Source: Actinomycetota bacterium
GTDB taxonomy: Bacteria > Actinomycetota > Actinomycetes > Nanopelagicales > Nanopelagicaceae
DNA length: 64,000 nucleotides
Reading direction: 5' to 3'
Assembly: GCA_037200085.1 (NCBI GenBank)
Contig: JBBCHT010000007.1
Location: forward strand, 118 to 64,117
Made by a program: the position numbers and the translations under genes. A model generated the notes under the pieces. It was given only the letters and a program-made list of their open reading frames with translations, was not told the DNA's origin and did not search any database. Every line of letters begins with the position of its first letter. Within the stretch, counting starts at the first letter, position 1. Shown here in pieces: positions 23,604 to 34,369 of this stretch.

Positions 23604-24495
23604 CTATTGCCCGACCTTTGTATCGGAAATTTCTCCTTTAAGTAGGGATCGAAGATATTGCGCGAAAGGATTGCCGTTGTAGTCGGCAGCAAGTGAAAGT
23701 AATTTTTCATCGCTTATCCATTTATTCCGCCAAGCAATTTCTTCGAGACATGAAATTTTGTACCCCTGACGCTCTTCGATAATTTTCACGTATGCGCTGG
23801 CTGCATGAAGAGATTCCAAAGTGCCAGTATCTAGCCAGGCCGTTCCGCGCTCCAGCACGGTCGTTGTTAGATTTTCCAAGCGACAAATAACGCTGATTGA
23901 CTGAAGTGATTTCAAGTTCGCCACGAGCACTGGGAGTAACAGACTTGGCAATTTCTACAACATTTTCATCATAAAAATAGAGTCCTGGAACAGCAAAACT
24001 CGATTTCGGTACTTTAGGTTTTTCTTCAATTGAAATTACTTTGCCGTCTGCATCGAATTCAACGACTCCATAGTTTTCCGGGTCGCTTACCTTGTAGGCA
24101 AAAATGTGAGCGCCTACTACTGAAGTCGAATTCTTCAATTGCGAACCTAGACCAGCGCCGTGAAAAATATTGTCACCAAGAGCAAGTGCAACTTTGTTTC
24201 CATCAATGAACTTCTCGCCGATGATAAATGCTTGAGCTAGTCCATCCGGTGAAGGTTGAACTGCAAATTGAATTTCGATTCCTAAATCGGAGCCATCTCC
24301 TAAAAGTCGTTGGAAGGAGGCGAGTCCTTCAGGAGCAGTAATAATTAATATTTCACGAATGCCAGCAAGCATTAGTGTGCCAAGGGGATAGTGCACGAGA
24401 GGCTTATCGTAAATAGGAAGTAATTGTTTGCTAATACCGCGAGTGATGGGCCAGAGTCTTGATCCAGTTCCTCCCGCTAAGACAATTCCCTTCAT
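23604..24495 (-). CDS. rmlA: Glucose-1-phosphate thymidylyltransferase; one frameshift near 23880-23950
   Basis: [33 protein letters not shown] starts at ATG 24493-24495, inside ORF 23722-24726. The C-terminus is in ORF 23604-23951 ([10 protein letters not shown]). Confidence 0.85.
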
Positions 24496-24556
24496 TTGGC
24501 AAAGCGTACCTTGCGTGTAGGTTAGGTCAATAACGCGAGATTGGAGATAGAGCGAA

Positions 24557-25514
24557 GTGAGAGTTCTCGTCACTGGCGGAGCTGGATTTATTGGCTCTAA
24601 CTTCGTCCGACGCGTTGTGGATGGTTCGTTGAGTGGAATTACATCAATCACCGTGTTAGATAAATTGACATATGCAGGATCGATGACAAATTTGGAGATC
24701 TTGCCAAAGAATAGTTTTGAATTCATTCAAGGTGATATTTGCGATCAAGGCTTAACTTCACAACTGGCCAAGAGGCATGATGCGATCATCAATTTCGCGG
24801 CAGAATCGCACGTAGATCGCTCTATAAATGGATCAAGGGATTTTGTATTGACCAATGTTTTGGGTACGCAAACACTTCTTGAGTCAGTACGTGGATCAGA
24901 TCTGACTTTTGTTCAAGTATCAACTGACGAGGTTTATGGCAGCATCCCTTCTGGATCCTGGGTTGAAAGTGATCCCTTGCTTCCAAATTCACCATATTCA
25001 GCTTCTAAAGCTTCAGCTGATCTATTCGTTAGGTCATTTGGCAAAACTTATGGATTGATGTACGGACCACTCGCTGTAGTAACAATTACGGTCCCTATCA
25101 ATTCCAGAAAAAGTCATTCCACTCTTTGTCACTAACCTCATTGACGGCCTCAAAGTTCCACTTTACGGAGATGGAAAGAATGTCCGAGATTGGTTGCATG
25201 TGGACGACCACTGTCGCGGTATTCACGCCGTGCTTACTCGAGGAAAATCCGGTGAAATTTACAACATCGGCGGAGGCACTGAACTATCCAATGTAACTCT
25301 TACAGAAACGATCTTGGAGAAAATGGGCAAAGATGGATCTTCGATTGTGAGAGTTGAGGATCGTCTCGGACACGATTTGAGATATTCAGTTGATATTTCA
25401 AAAATTTCTCGCGAATTGGGATACGCGCCGCTTGTCTCTTGGGAAGATGGTTTGGCATCGACAATCGAGTGGTATAAAAAGAATGGGTCGTGGTGGCGTC
25501 CACTAAAGAAATGA
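24557..25514 (+). CDS. rmlB: dTDP-glucose 4,6-dehydratase; frameshifted near 25060-25190
   Basis: ORFs 24557-25135 and 25194-25514. Motifs [34 protein letters not shown] (bridging frame). Divergent from rmlA. Confidence 0.85.
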
Positions 25515-26389
25515 AGTGGTTGATAGTTGGAGCCAACGGTCAGCTTGGACAAACATTTTCGCAACGTCTAGGTGAAACTGGCGCAGAATATATTAGTCTT
25601 GGCAAAGATCAACTAGACATCACTAACGTTGATGAAGTTAACGCAATTATTTCTAGCCTTCACCCCCAACGTCATTGTGAATGCAGCCGCATGGACAAAC
25701 GTTGATTTGGCCGAGGATGAGCCAGATACCGCTAGGGCGATCAATGTTGATGGTCCTAAAAATTTGGCCACAGTGGCACGAACTCTTGGTGCGAAATTGA
25801 TTCATATTTCAACCGACTACGTTTTCTCGGGAACCGGAGTTGAACCATGGAGCGAGGGTTCTGTAAAATTTCCTGCATCTGTCTATGGATCTACAAAATC
25901 TGAAGGCGAAGATCGTGCACTGGAAATTCATCCAGGAAGGAACTTTCATTGTAAGAACTGCCTGGCTTTACAGTCCTTACGGTAGAAACTTTGCGAAGAC
26001 CATGGCCACTCTGTCGAAAGATGAATCTCGAAAAGTGGAAGTGGTTGATGATCAATTTGGGCAACCCACCTACTCGATTGATCTTGCCAATCAGATATTG
26101 GAGATGGTTTCCAAAGAAGTACCGTCAGGGATTTACCACGGTACAAACCGCGGAAGTACGAGTTGGTTTGGATTTGCTCGCGAGATTTTTGACGCGATGG
26201 GTGCAGATTCCGGTCGAGTTGTCCCAATCGATTCAAGTGGAATCCTTACGAAAAGCAGTTAGGCCGAAGAACTCAGTACTGGGTCATGAGCGTTGGAGTG
26301 AAGTAGGCATGGTTCCTATGCGAGATTGGCGTGAGGCCTTGGCCGAAGCAATTCCTTCTCTTATAAGTGCAACGAACATGAAAGAGTGA
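25511..26389 (+). CDS. rmlD: dTDP-4-dehydrorhamnose reductase; at least 3 frameshifts
   Basis: Fragments 25490-25705, 25629-25985, 25885-26262, 25991-26389. N-terminus [13 protein letters not shown]; STDYVFSG; YGSTKSEGE. ATGA overlap with rmlB. Confidence 0.8.
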
Positions 26390-26393
26390 CCGA

Positions 26394-26955
26394 GTGGAAT
26401 TTAAAGAGTTGGCAATTAGTGGCGCATGGTTGCGCAATCTCCGGTTCATCGTGATGAGCGTGGCTCTTTTCGTGAGTGGTTTCGTGGTGACCAATTTCAG
26501 GAGTTATTGGGTCGAGATTTTGATGTCATGCAATCCAATATTTCGATTTCGAAAAAGGGCGTCATTCGTGGAATTCATTACAGTATGGCAAAAAAATCGC
26601 AAGCTAAATGGGTGACATGTGTATCAGGTGCTATTTGGGATGTCGTTGTAGATATTCGCCCTTCATCACCAACATTTAAACAATATGTAAGTGTTCCTTT
26701 GAGTAGCGATACGGGTGACGCTCTATTTATATCCGAAGGGCTAGGACACGGATTCGTTGCACTAACTGACCACACAGTCGTTACTTACCTATTGACCTCT
26801 CCATACTCACCGACGGAAGAGTTTGGAATTAATCCACTCGATCAGATTTGGCAATCGCGTGGCCCAAAGGCGAATGGAGCCTTTCAAAGCAAGATAGTGA
26901 TGCACCAACCTTGATTGATCGATTGGTGCAAGGGTTGCTCCCCGAGTTCGGTTAA
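26394..26955 (+). CDS. rmlC: dTDP-4-dehydrorhamnose 3,5-epimerase; frameshifted at both ends
   Basis: ORFs 26394-26615 and 26426-26914 plus a tail to TAA 26953-26955. Motifs HRDERGSFREWF, IRGIHYS, ISEGLGHGF. Confidence 0.8.
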
Positions 26956-27058
26956 TTAAGAACTCTTAACCAGCTCTTTCTTGCTTTTATTACCGACATC
27001 AAAAAATACAGGTAAAACCAAGAAGGCAATGCGCGTTCGAAGTTCGTTATACAAAGAT

Positions 27059-27913
27059 TCACGAAATCTTGCTCTTGTCAGTACTAAGTGGCGGAGACGA
27101 ACAAAGAAATTCCGCGTAAGTACTTAAGTAAGTTTTCCACTGCCGAACGCTGAGATTCTTCCATCCGATCTCCGTAGGCTGCGAACAATTCGTTCCATTG
27201 CAAATATGCTTCCATGTACGGTTACTCAACGTCCTAAATGTGCGGAAGAAACTTCGTTCACCAAGACCGATCGTGTTATTTGCATGAATGCGATATCGAA
27301 TTTCAGCTGCGCGATCATAGATAACGATTCCGCAGGTTCGAAGTACCAAGAATGCCCAGGTGTCATGACAGTGCGGGAATTGTGGGTGGTAAGAAGTGAG
27401 AAGCGAATTCGCTTCGCGATTGAACACCATCGAGCATCCGCGAGCTCTTCCTTCGAGAAAGAGTTCAGAGACTGGCGGAATATCTTTGAGCACTGGCCAT
27501 AGATAAGCCTTGCGACCATCATCGAAAAATGTAAGGGAAGTTGAAAAAGTGAGCGTTGGAAAGGGTTCGTATGGTTTCAATCTTTCGATTGAATTTCGGA
27601 GATGCTCTTTTTCCCAAATGTCGTCCTGATCTGCAAAGGCGACGTAAGGTGCCTTTGACTGATACATAAGGTGGTAGAAATTCTCCGTTGCACCCTTTTT
27701 TGGTCCATCAAAGTAGGTAACGGTATAGAAATTCTTTTCGTGAGCTCGAACGATCTCAAGTGAGTTATCTGACGAACCATCATCACTGACCAAGAGATTG
27801 ATGCGAACATCAATTTGGTTCTCGAGTGAAGTTAAAAACTCATCCAAGTATTTCGCGCCATTGTAAGTGGCAAGAAGTACATCGATTTCAGGTGCGAGTG
27901 TTATTTGATTCAC
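27059..27913 (-). CDS. GT2 glycosyltransferase (rhamnosyltransferase-like); the 3' end may be frameshifted
   Basis: 284-aa ORF. Motifs IDVLLATYNGAKYLDEFL, VSDDGSSDNS, FADQDDIW. Confidence 0.65.
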   Translation of the reverse strand: MNQITLAPEIDVLLATYNGAKYLDEFLTSLENQIDVRINLLVSDDGSSDNSLEIVRAHEKNFYTVTYFDGPKKGATENFYHLMYQSKAPYVAFADQDDIWEKEHLRNSIERLKPYEPFPTLTFSTSLTFFDDGRKAYLWPVLKDIPPVSELFLEGRARGCSMVFNREANSLLTSYHPQFPHCHDTWAFLVLRTCGIVIYDRAAEIRYRIHANNTIGLGERSFFRTFRTLSNRTWKHICNGTNCSQPTEIGWKNLSVRQWKTYLSTYAEFLCSSPPLSTDKSKIS

Positions 27914-28037
27914 CTTTGTTTACGTCGTCTATTAAATGATTAGGAATTTTAGCATAGGCAAAATTGTCAATTCTGTGCCTTTCGAAAGAGCGAGTAGCGC
28001 TTCAGGAAATCCATTGCTTGCGTGCTAAAGTCGATGA

Positions 28038-28824
28038 ATGTCCTATTCAGTCGTGATACCGACGATGGGTAGAGACACGTTAGATCGTGCAGTTGAATCC
28101 GCGCTCGCTCAGAACCTTCCGCCAAATGAGATTTTGGTTATTGCCGGTAAAGAAGCCAAACCTTTCATCGAAGAACGCTCCGCGAGTGAGAATAATTGAC
28201 AATTATTCTCCTGGTTCTGGAATTGCCACGGTTGCCAGGAATAGAAATCTTGGCGTAAAGGAATCAACTTCTGAGTTCGTATCCTTCCTGGATGACGATG
28301 ACATCTGGATGCCAAATAAAATGAAAATTCAGATCGATTTCTTGCAAAAAAATCCAGGTTCGACTTCGATATCTTCCGCAAGATATGTTCTTAATCGAGT
28401 GGCTAAATTTAAAAGACCTCGACGAGTGTTATCGAAGAACGAATTGATATTGATGCACATTATGGAAAACGTCGATTCCTTCCTTCTCCGTATTACACAT
28501 CAACGTGCGGGAACTGTAGTTACCAGAGCTTTGGCGATTGAAACACCTTTTGATGAAGACTTACCTTTTTGTGAGGACATTTGGTGGCTTCACGAATTGC
28601 AATCAAAAGGATCGAAGTTGTATCAACATTCAGAGATACTTTTTGAAGTTGCCGGGAATCCCTTTCGCGCTGCATCCCGTGATGCAGGAAAAGGGAAGGA
28701 GATGTGGGCTTCAAGGTTGAGGAGTATTAACCCGAAGTATGAAAGTAATTATTTGCAGGGCATTGGATTTCGAAATGCTCTACTACGAGGCAAGATTAAA
28801 GAGGCAGTTTCAAACTTTCGTTGA
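28038..28824 (+). CDS. GT2 glycosyltransferase; one frameshift near 28190
   Basis: The short frame from ATG 28038 encodes MSYSVVIPTMGRDTLDRAVESAL. It continues in ORF 28087-28824 (ARNRNLG, FLDDDDIW). Confidence 0.65.
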
Positions 28825-28872
28825 TCGGTTTTGGTATTGAAGATATTCGCGGTACTTTTTGCCGCACGATCA

Positions 28873-28947
28873 GCCGCCTTAGCTCAGGGTAGAGCAACGC
28901 ACCTCGTAATGCGTAGGTCCGGGGTTCGAATCCCCGAGGCGGCTCCA
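28873..28947 (+). tRNA. tRNA-Thr (anticodon CGT) with encoded CCA; as written it has an 8-nt anticodon loop and a short D-loop
   Basis: Manual cloverleaf: acceptor GCCGCCT/AGGCGGC, D stem GCTC/GAGC, anticodon stem ACGCA/TGCGT with loop CCTCGTAA, T arm CGGGG-TTCGAAT-CCCCG, then T-CCA. Confidence 0.8.
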
Positions 28948-31089
28948 CGGTCGAATCGAATTAAAACCTTGGATTTCTCGTTGTCCTCAAGAGAAATTCT
29001 TGGGAGTGCTTTTTCAAGCCAACTTGGAAGCCACCAATTTGCTGGTCCCCACCACTGCATAAGTGCGGGCACTAAAGCGCATCGAATGATGGTTGCATCA
29101 AAGAGCACTGCGGAGGCAAGACCAACTCCCGAACTCTTGAATTACTCGTTGGCCGCCAAAGACGAATGCACCAAAGACTGCAAACATGATTGTTGCAGCG
29201 GCAGTGATTACTCCACCCGTTGCTGCAAGACCTCTTCTTACCGCAGCGGAATTGTCATGAGAAATTTCCCACTCTTCTCGAATTCGAGAAACTAAGAAGA
29301 CTTCATAGTCCATTGAGAGTCCAAAGAGAATTGCGAAGAGCATGATCGGAAGGAATGGTTCTATTGGTCCACCGCGTGCGCCGAGGAATGGTTCCGCCCA
29401 CCCCCATTGAAAGCAGCAACCAAGACACCGAATGCTGCACCGATTGAGAAGATGTTCATGACTGCCGCTTTGAGTGGGATGAGCACACTTCTGAAGAGGA
29501 TCATCAGAAGTAGGAAACTCAAAAGAACCACAACAGCAATAAAGAATGGCAACTTGCTGGAAAGTACGTGGCCGAAATCGGCAAAGATCGCAACAATTCC
29601 ACCCACATAGACATGGATAGAAGAGCCTTGTAACGCAGTTGGAATTATCTCCTTTCGCAGCCGTTCAATGAGCTTTGTCGTATCTTCAGATTGTGGTGAA
29701 CTTTTCGCATAGACGTTAATGATTCCAATTGAGTGATCTGGAGTGAAGAAGGTAGGAGTCACTTGAGCTACATCTTCATCAGCTGCAACCGAAGACTCAA
29801 GTCTTTCGATGACCGCCGTATCTGCTCCTTCAGGAATTGAGGCAACGAGCATCAACGGTCCGCTATATCCCGCACCAAAACCCTTCGCCAATAAGTCGTA
29901 GGCAGCACGAGTAGTTGTGGTCTTTGGATCGTTACCGGAATCGGCACTTCCCAATCGAATATCGAAAGTTGGAATGCAGAGCACAATCAAGAGAATGAGC
30001 GCTGAAATACTCCAAACAATTGGACGTCGTTGTATCGCTCGAGACCATTGAGCCCATCGACCGCTCTCAATGTCGTGGTGATTCTTTGCTTCGTCCAGGA
30101 ATGAGAACTTGTCGATTCTCTTTCCGACCATTGCAAGTAAAGCAGGAAGCAAAGTAAGTGATGCGCTCATTGTGATGAGAACGGCCAACGAAGCAGCGAC
30201 AGCTACTCCGTATAAGAAACTTACGCCGACTGTGAATAGTCCCAAAAGTGCAATGCAAACAATGATTCCTGCAAAGAGCACAGCTCTACCCGAAGTTTTG
30301 ACTGCCGTTTTGACTGCTTCTTCAACAGTGATACCTGAGTGAATGCCTTGGCGAAAACGAGTAACAATGAAGAGTGCATAATCGATTCCGACGCCGAGTC
30401 CAACTAGTGCAGACAGGATCGGAGCAAATTGTGCAATGGAGAATGCATGGCTTAGAAGTCCGATTGCTGCAGAAGCAATTCCCAGACCTACGACAGCTAC
30501 GAAGAGTGGAATCAGCGTTGCGACAATGCTGCCAAAAGTTATGAAGAGAAGGCAGCGGCTGCGAGTAGTGCGATTCCTTCACTTGAACTTGGCCTAGCTT
30601 CTGTCGCGCCTTGAATTGCATTTCCAAGCAACTCCACTTGCACATCTGCATCGGAAAAACTTTTTGCTGTTTTGATTATTGCAACGATGTCACTTTTGGG
30701 AATGTGTTGCGAACTCTCATCGAGATGTACCGTCGAGAAAGCGACTTTGCCGTCCCTTGCTAAGCGCGCCATTCTTTTCATCGAAAGGAGAGTCAATTTC
30801 AGCCACATGACGAAGAGTCGAGAGTTTCGCCTCGATTGGAGCAATTTTTTCTGACGTTAGCTCTCCAACTTTTGCCGCGTACGACGCTGGATTGAGTCCC
30901 CCGTTGGGTCGGAGCGTATTTGGTTAGAAGATCTAGGGCTGTCTTGCTCTCCGTATTGGGCAGAGTGAAGGAGTCGCTATAGGCGGTTCCGGCGTTCTGC
31001 GCGAGTACCGTTATTCCACCCAAGAGAAGTAGCCAGAGAAGTACTACTAGTTTTCGGTGTTTAAAGGTCCAATTGGCAATGAAAGACAT
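28884..31089 (-). CDS. MMPL/RND-superfamily membrane transporter; many frameshifts; the true stop is probably near 28960
   Basis: Fragments 30799-31089 (N-terminus), 30539-30844, 30322-30651, 29361-30281, 29098-29343, 28884-29108. C-terminal WWGPANWWLPSWLEKALPRIS motif. Divergent from the TetR gene. Confidence 0.7.
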
Positions 31090-31171
31090 AGTTTCTCCTG
31101 TGAGTGAAGATGCGGGGCTGGCTTACCGAACGGTTGGTAGGTATAGTAGAGGGGTGGTGGATATAGTGCAA

Positions 31172-31725
31172 ATGAACGGTCGAAATTCATCTTCAACGAG
31201 GATGCAATTTTGGCGACAGCTGCAGAACTATTTTCAACAAAGGGATTTGCCGAAACATCCATGGCAGATCTCGCAGAGCAGTTGGGGATTTCTAAAGCGG
31301 CGATTTACCATCATTTCGAAAGTAAGGAATCTATTTTTCAAACGCTCTTAAAATCTTCGACGATGATCTTGAAGAATTAGTCGCGAGCCATAAGAAGCTT
31401 CCGGCCAATGAAACGGAGAGATGCGCGGTACTACGAGAATTCGTGATTTCATCTTTCGCCATCGAAAAGTTGTTCGACTTACTAGATCTGAAATGCAAGC
31501 CGAAGCAAAAGCACTGGGTCGAGAGCTCAAGCACCGATGTTGAGGTTGCAAGAATTGCTTGCAGGGAAAAATGCAAACCATGAATGTATGGTGCGAGCGA
31601 GAGTCGCCATCGGAACAGTATTTATGGGGATTTTTCCCTTTTCGCATGAAAATCCAATTGATGAGAAAGAGCAAGATCTAGAACTCTTATTGGATATTGC
31701 AGCTGACACACTTGGGAATCCCTAA
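31172..31725 (+). CDS. TetR-family transcriptional regulator; several frameshifts
   Basis: HTH read in frame 1 from about 31201: AILATAAELFSTKGFAETSMADLAEQLGISKAAIYHHFESKE. The C-terminal part is in ORF 31537-31725. Confidence 0.6.
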
Positions 31726-31864
31726 AGATGAGAGTGTTCGACACCCACAAGAACTGTAAATCGGCTCCAATCTTTAATGTTCTATGTGAGTGGTAAGGGT
31801 TACACCAAAAAAGGCTTCTTTTCCTCAGATTGAAAAAATAGACTGCCGATCACTTGAAATCCCT

Positions 31865-32590
31865 ATGACTATTTGTAGAAGAGGAAGAGTTTTGAACTGC
31901 GAGCTTCACACCTTCACTTTCAATGAAGAATATATGCTCCCAAATTTAGTTAAGTGGTATCGCAAGCGGATTCCGAAGATTCGAATTATTGTTCATGACA
32001 ATGAATCAACAGATAGAACACAAGAGATTGCCCGAGAACTTGGGTGCGAAGTAATTCCGTTTAGCACTAACGGACATTTGAAGAACAAAAAGTTAATGCA
32101 ATTGAAGAATCATGCTTGGAAAGGCTTCAACTGCAGATTTTGTTATCGTTGCAGATGTCGATGAAATGCTCGACGTTAATGAGGAATTTCTCTCCGTAAT
32201 ACCGATGCAACTATTATCAGAGGCGTTGGAATCAATATGGTTGGCGATTCTCGAGATTTAGAGAAAGTGAACCATGGAGCGCTCAGTTCGAATTACGACA
32301 AGATGCTCTGCTTTAGTCCAAAATTTATATCACAAATGCATTTACTCGCCCGGTGCACATTCGGCTTCGCCCAAAGGGTGATGTCCGAATCACGCATGCT
32401 CCGCTCTTTCATTACAAATGGATTAGCCCTGAGTATGTAATTTTTTCGCACTCGCTTGGTTTCATCCACGTCGCAGTCGACAAGATAAATTCTTTGCTAT
32501 GGAATTCACTATGAAATGACGGACGAGACGATATATAGAAAACATAAGGAGTGGATGGCGAAAGCAATTCCCATCGCCCCAGCCTGGTGA
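31865..32590 (+). CDS. Small GT2-like/nucleotide-diphospho-sugar transferase-fold protein; frameshifted
   Basis: ORFs 31790-32164 (FNEEYMLPNLVKWY, VHDNESTDRT) and 32237-32440. DxD-like segment VADVDEM in a shifted frame. The tail ends at TGA 32588-32590. Confidence 0.35.
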
Positions 32591-32652
32591 ATCAACTCTT
32601 AAAGAGGACCCGCTCGGCATTTTCGAAGTAGATTTTCTTGAGAAAGTTACTA

Positions 32653-33394
32653 TCAATTTTCGCTCCAATATATATTCCATCGACCGGATCGTGGCGACGA
32701 TGTGTTTACGTCGTAGGAAAAGTACTCGTCATCGGTTTCCAAGAATCTGAAATATTTTCGGATGCCCTCAATACTGAAAGGGAAGTAATCAGTTCCGAAG
32801 AGAATTCGATCGGAGTGTTTTTCTACTAGCGCGCTGAAGGCTCGCGGTTGGCGACCAAGGTCAGCGATTCGGGCGGAGATATCAACAAAATAATTTGGAA
32901 GTTCGCTTAGCAATTGCGAAAGTGTCTGGAGATCCTCTGGAATTCCACCAACGTGTGCTCCAATAAAGGTTGTCTTCGGAGCTGACGCAATAGCGCTATG
33001 AAGTGCCTCATGCAAAATTTCAAAGGATGGCACACCGCTTTGGAAGTATTGAAGAGCAGGGTTGGCTTTCATCGCCTCATATTTTCATTTCGCCCATCAA
33101 ATGGATTGAAATTACGTTTGTGGATCTGCTGAATGAATCATGATGGGCATTCCATTTTCACCCACAGCGTTGAGAGCATCGGCAATCTCGGATCGGAGCG
33201 AGGAGATGTTTTCCACTTTGATCTTTGACTCTTAACCCCAAGTCTTTTCCAAATTTTGAATCCTTTTGCACCTTGTTCTTTGGCGCGATTGGCTTGTGCA
33301 CAAACTCTTTTGAAGGGTCTGATGATGTGATTGCACTCCAATCAAAGTGAGCGAAAGTCAGAAATTTCTCAGGATATGCGCTGTCATAGCGCGC
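32653..33394 (-). CDS. Amidohydrolase-family (PF04909-like) protein; frameshifted and apparently 5'-truncated at about 33392
   Basis: ORFs 32653-33072 (IGAHVGG, ILFGTDYFP) and 33138-33341. Recognisable sequence starts at ...ARYDSAYPEKFLTFAHFDW. I could not find an N-terminal HxH metal motif. Confidence 0.5.
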
Positions 33395-34369
33395 CTTAGT
33401 CGCCGCGCTCGAACAAGGAATTCCTTTGACCTCGGTGTGGAATGGAAATTCTCCGCAAATTTTCGATGATGCGGGAAAGCCATATCCCGTATCAAATTAC
33501 GGCAATGAACAGTGGGGACAAGTAACCCTTCTCAAATCAACTGCACATTCGGTCAATACCGTTTATGTTCCATTGGGAATTGAAGTAACGCCACAAAAAG
33601 TCGTGGACGTTGCTAGACGGGCAGGTATTCCCATGACGTGGCAATGATGCCGACTCCCTCAGTGGTGCTCGGTGTTGCTAGCCCACATGTTGTTGATGTT
33701 GCAGCCGCCTATGCAACATTTGCTGCGCGAGGTGTTTATGCGAAGCCGTATTTAATTCAACAAGTACAAGGCGCGAATAAAGGTGTTCTCTACCAAGCCA
33801 GACCACAAGGTCAAGAAGTATTTTCAAAAGATGTAATGGCTGATCTCACCTACGCGCTCGGCGAAGTAGTAAGGAGTGGAACTGCAACCTACGGAACTGC
33901 CGGGCTTGGAAGACCAGCTGCTGGAAAGACAGGTACGAGTGAGCAAAATGCTTCAGCCTGGATTAGTGGATATACACCTCAACTCGCAGCTTCGGTGGCT
34001 TTCTTCAGAGATAACGCTTCACAGTCACTTAACGGAATTGGTGGATTGACTTCAGTAACAGGTGGAACTTTTCCAGCGCGCGTGTGGACTTCATTTATGA
34101 AGGCTGCGCTGATAGGTCAACCAAAATTGAAATTCCCAAAGCCTGTTCATATCGGCGGCACGAAAAAAATTGTGATGCGACCTCCAACTTTTGCCGTTGT
34201 TAAACCACCACCAACCCCAACTCCAACGCCCACACCGACCTCAACCCCAACTCCAACGCCGACTGATACCTCGTCTCCAATGGAATCACCAACTCCAACG
34301 CCGACTGATACTTCTCTACCAACAGATTCACCAACCCCCAACACCCACGTAGGTAGAGAATTTTCTTGA
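33393..34369 (+). pseudogene. Class A penicillin-binding protein, C-terminal transpeptidase part only (5'-truncated); one internal frameshift
   Basis: Recognisable from ALVAALEQGIPLTSVWNG. SxN motif (SVN) and KTGT motif present. The SxxK motif and the transglycosylase domain are absent. ORFs 33426-33647 and 33638-34369. Confidence 0.65.
34195..34345 (+). repeat. Pro/Thr-rich low-complexity coding repeat with two 42-bp units
   Basis: The 23-bp exact direct repeat CCAACTCCAACGCCGACTGATAC occurs at 34247-34269 and 34289-34311. Encodes PTPTPTDTSSPMES / PTPTPTDTSLPTDS. Confidence 0.85.

Noticed and set aside
28800-29000. An integrase, transposase or attachment-site repeat next to tRNA-Thr and tRNA-Gly (47207-47277) that would mark a mobile island.
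   Set aside because: No integrase, recombinase or transposase motifs were found in any frame near either tRNA. The island interpretation therefore rests only on gene content and tRNA adjacency.
28831-29295. Plus-strand ORF 28831-29295, which overlaps tRNA-Thr and the MMPL gene.
   Set aside because: It contains the tRNA sequence and is antisense to conserved MMPL coding sequence. It has no recognisable motifs.
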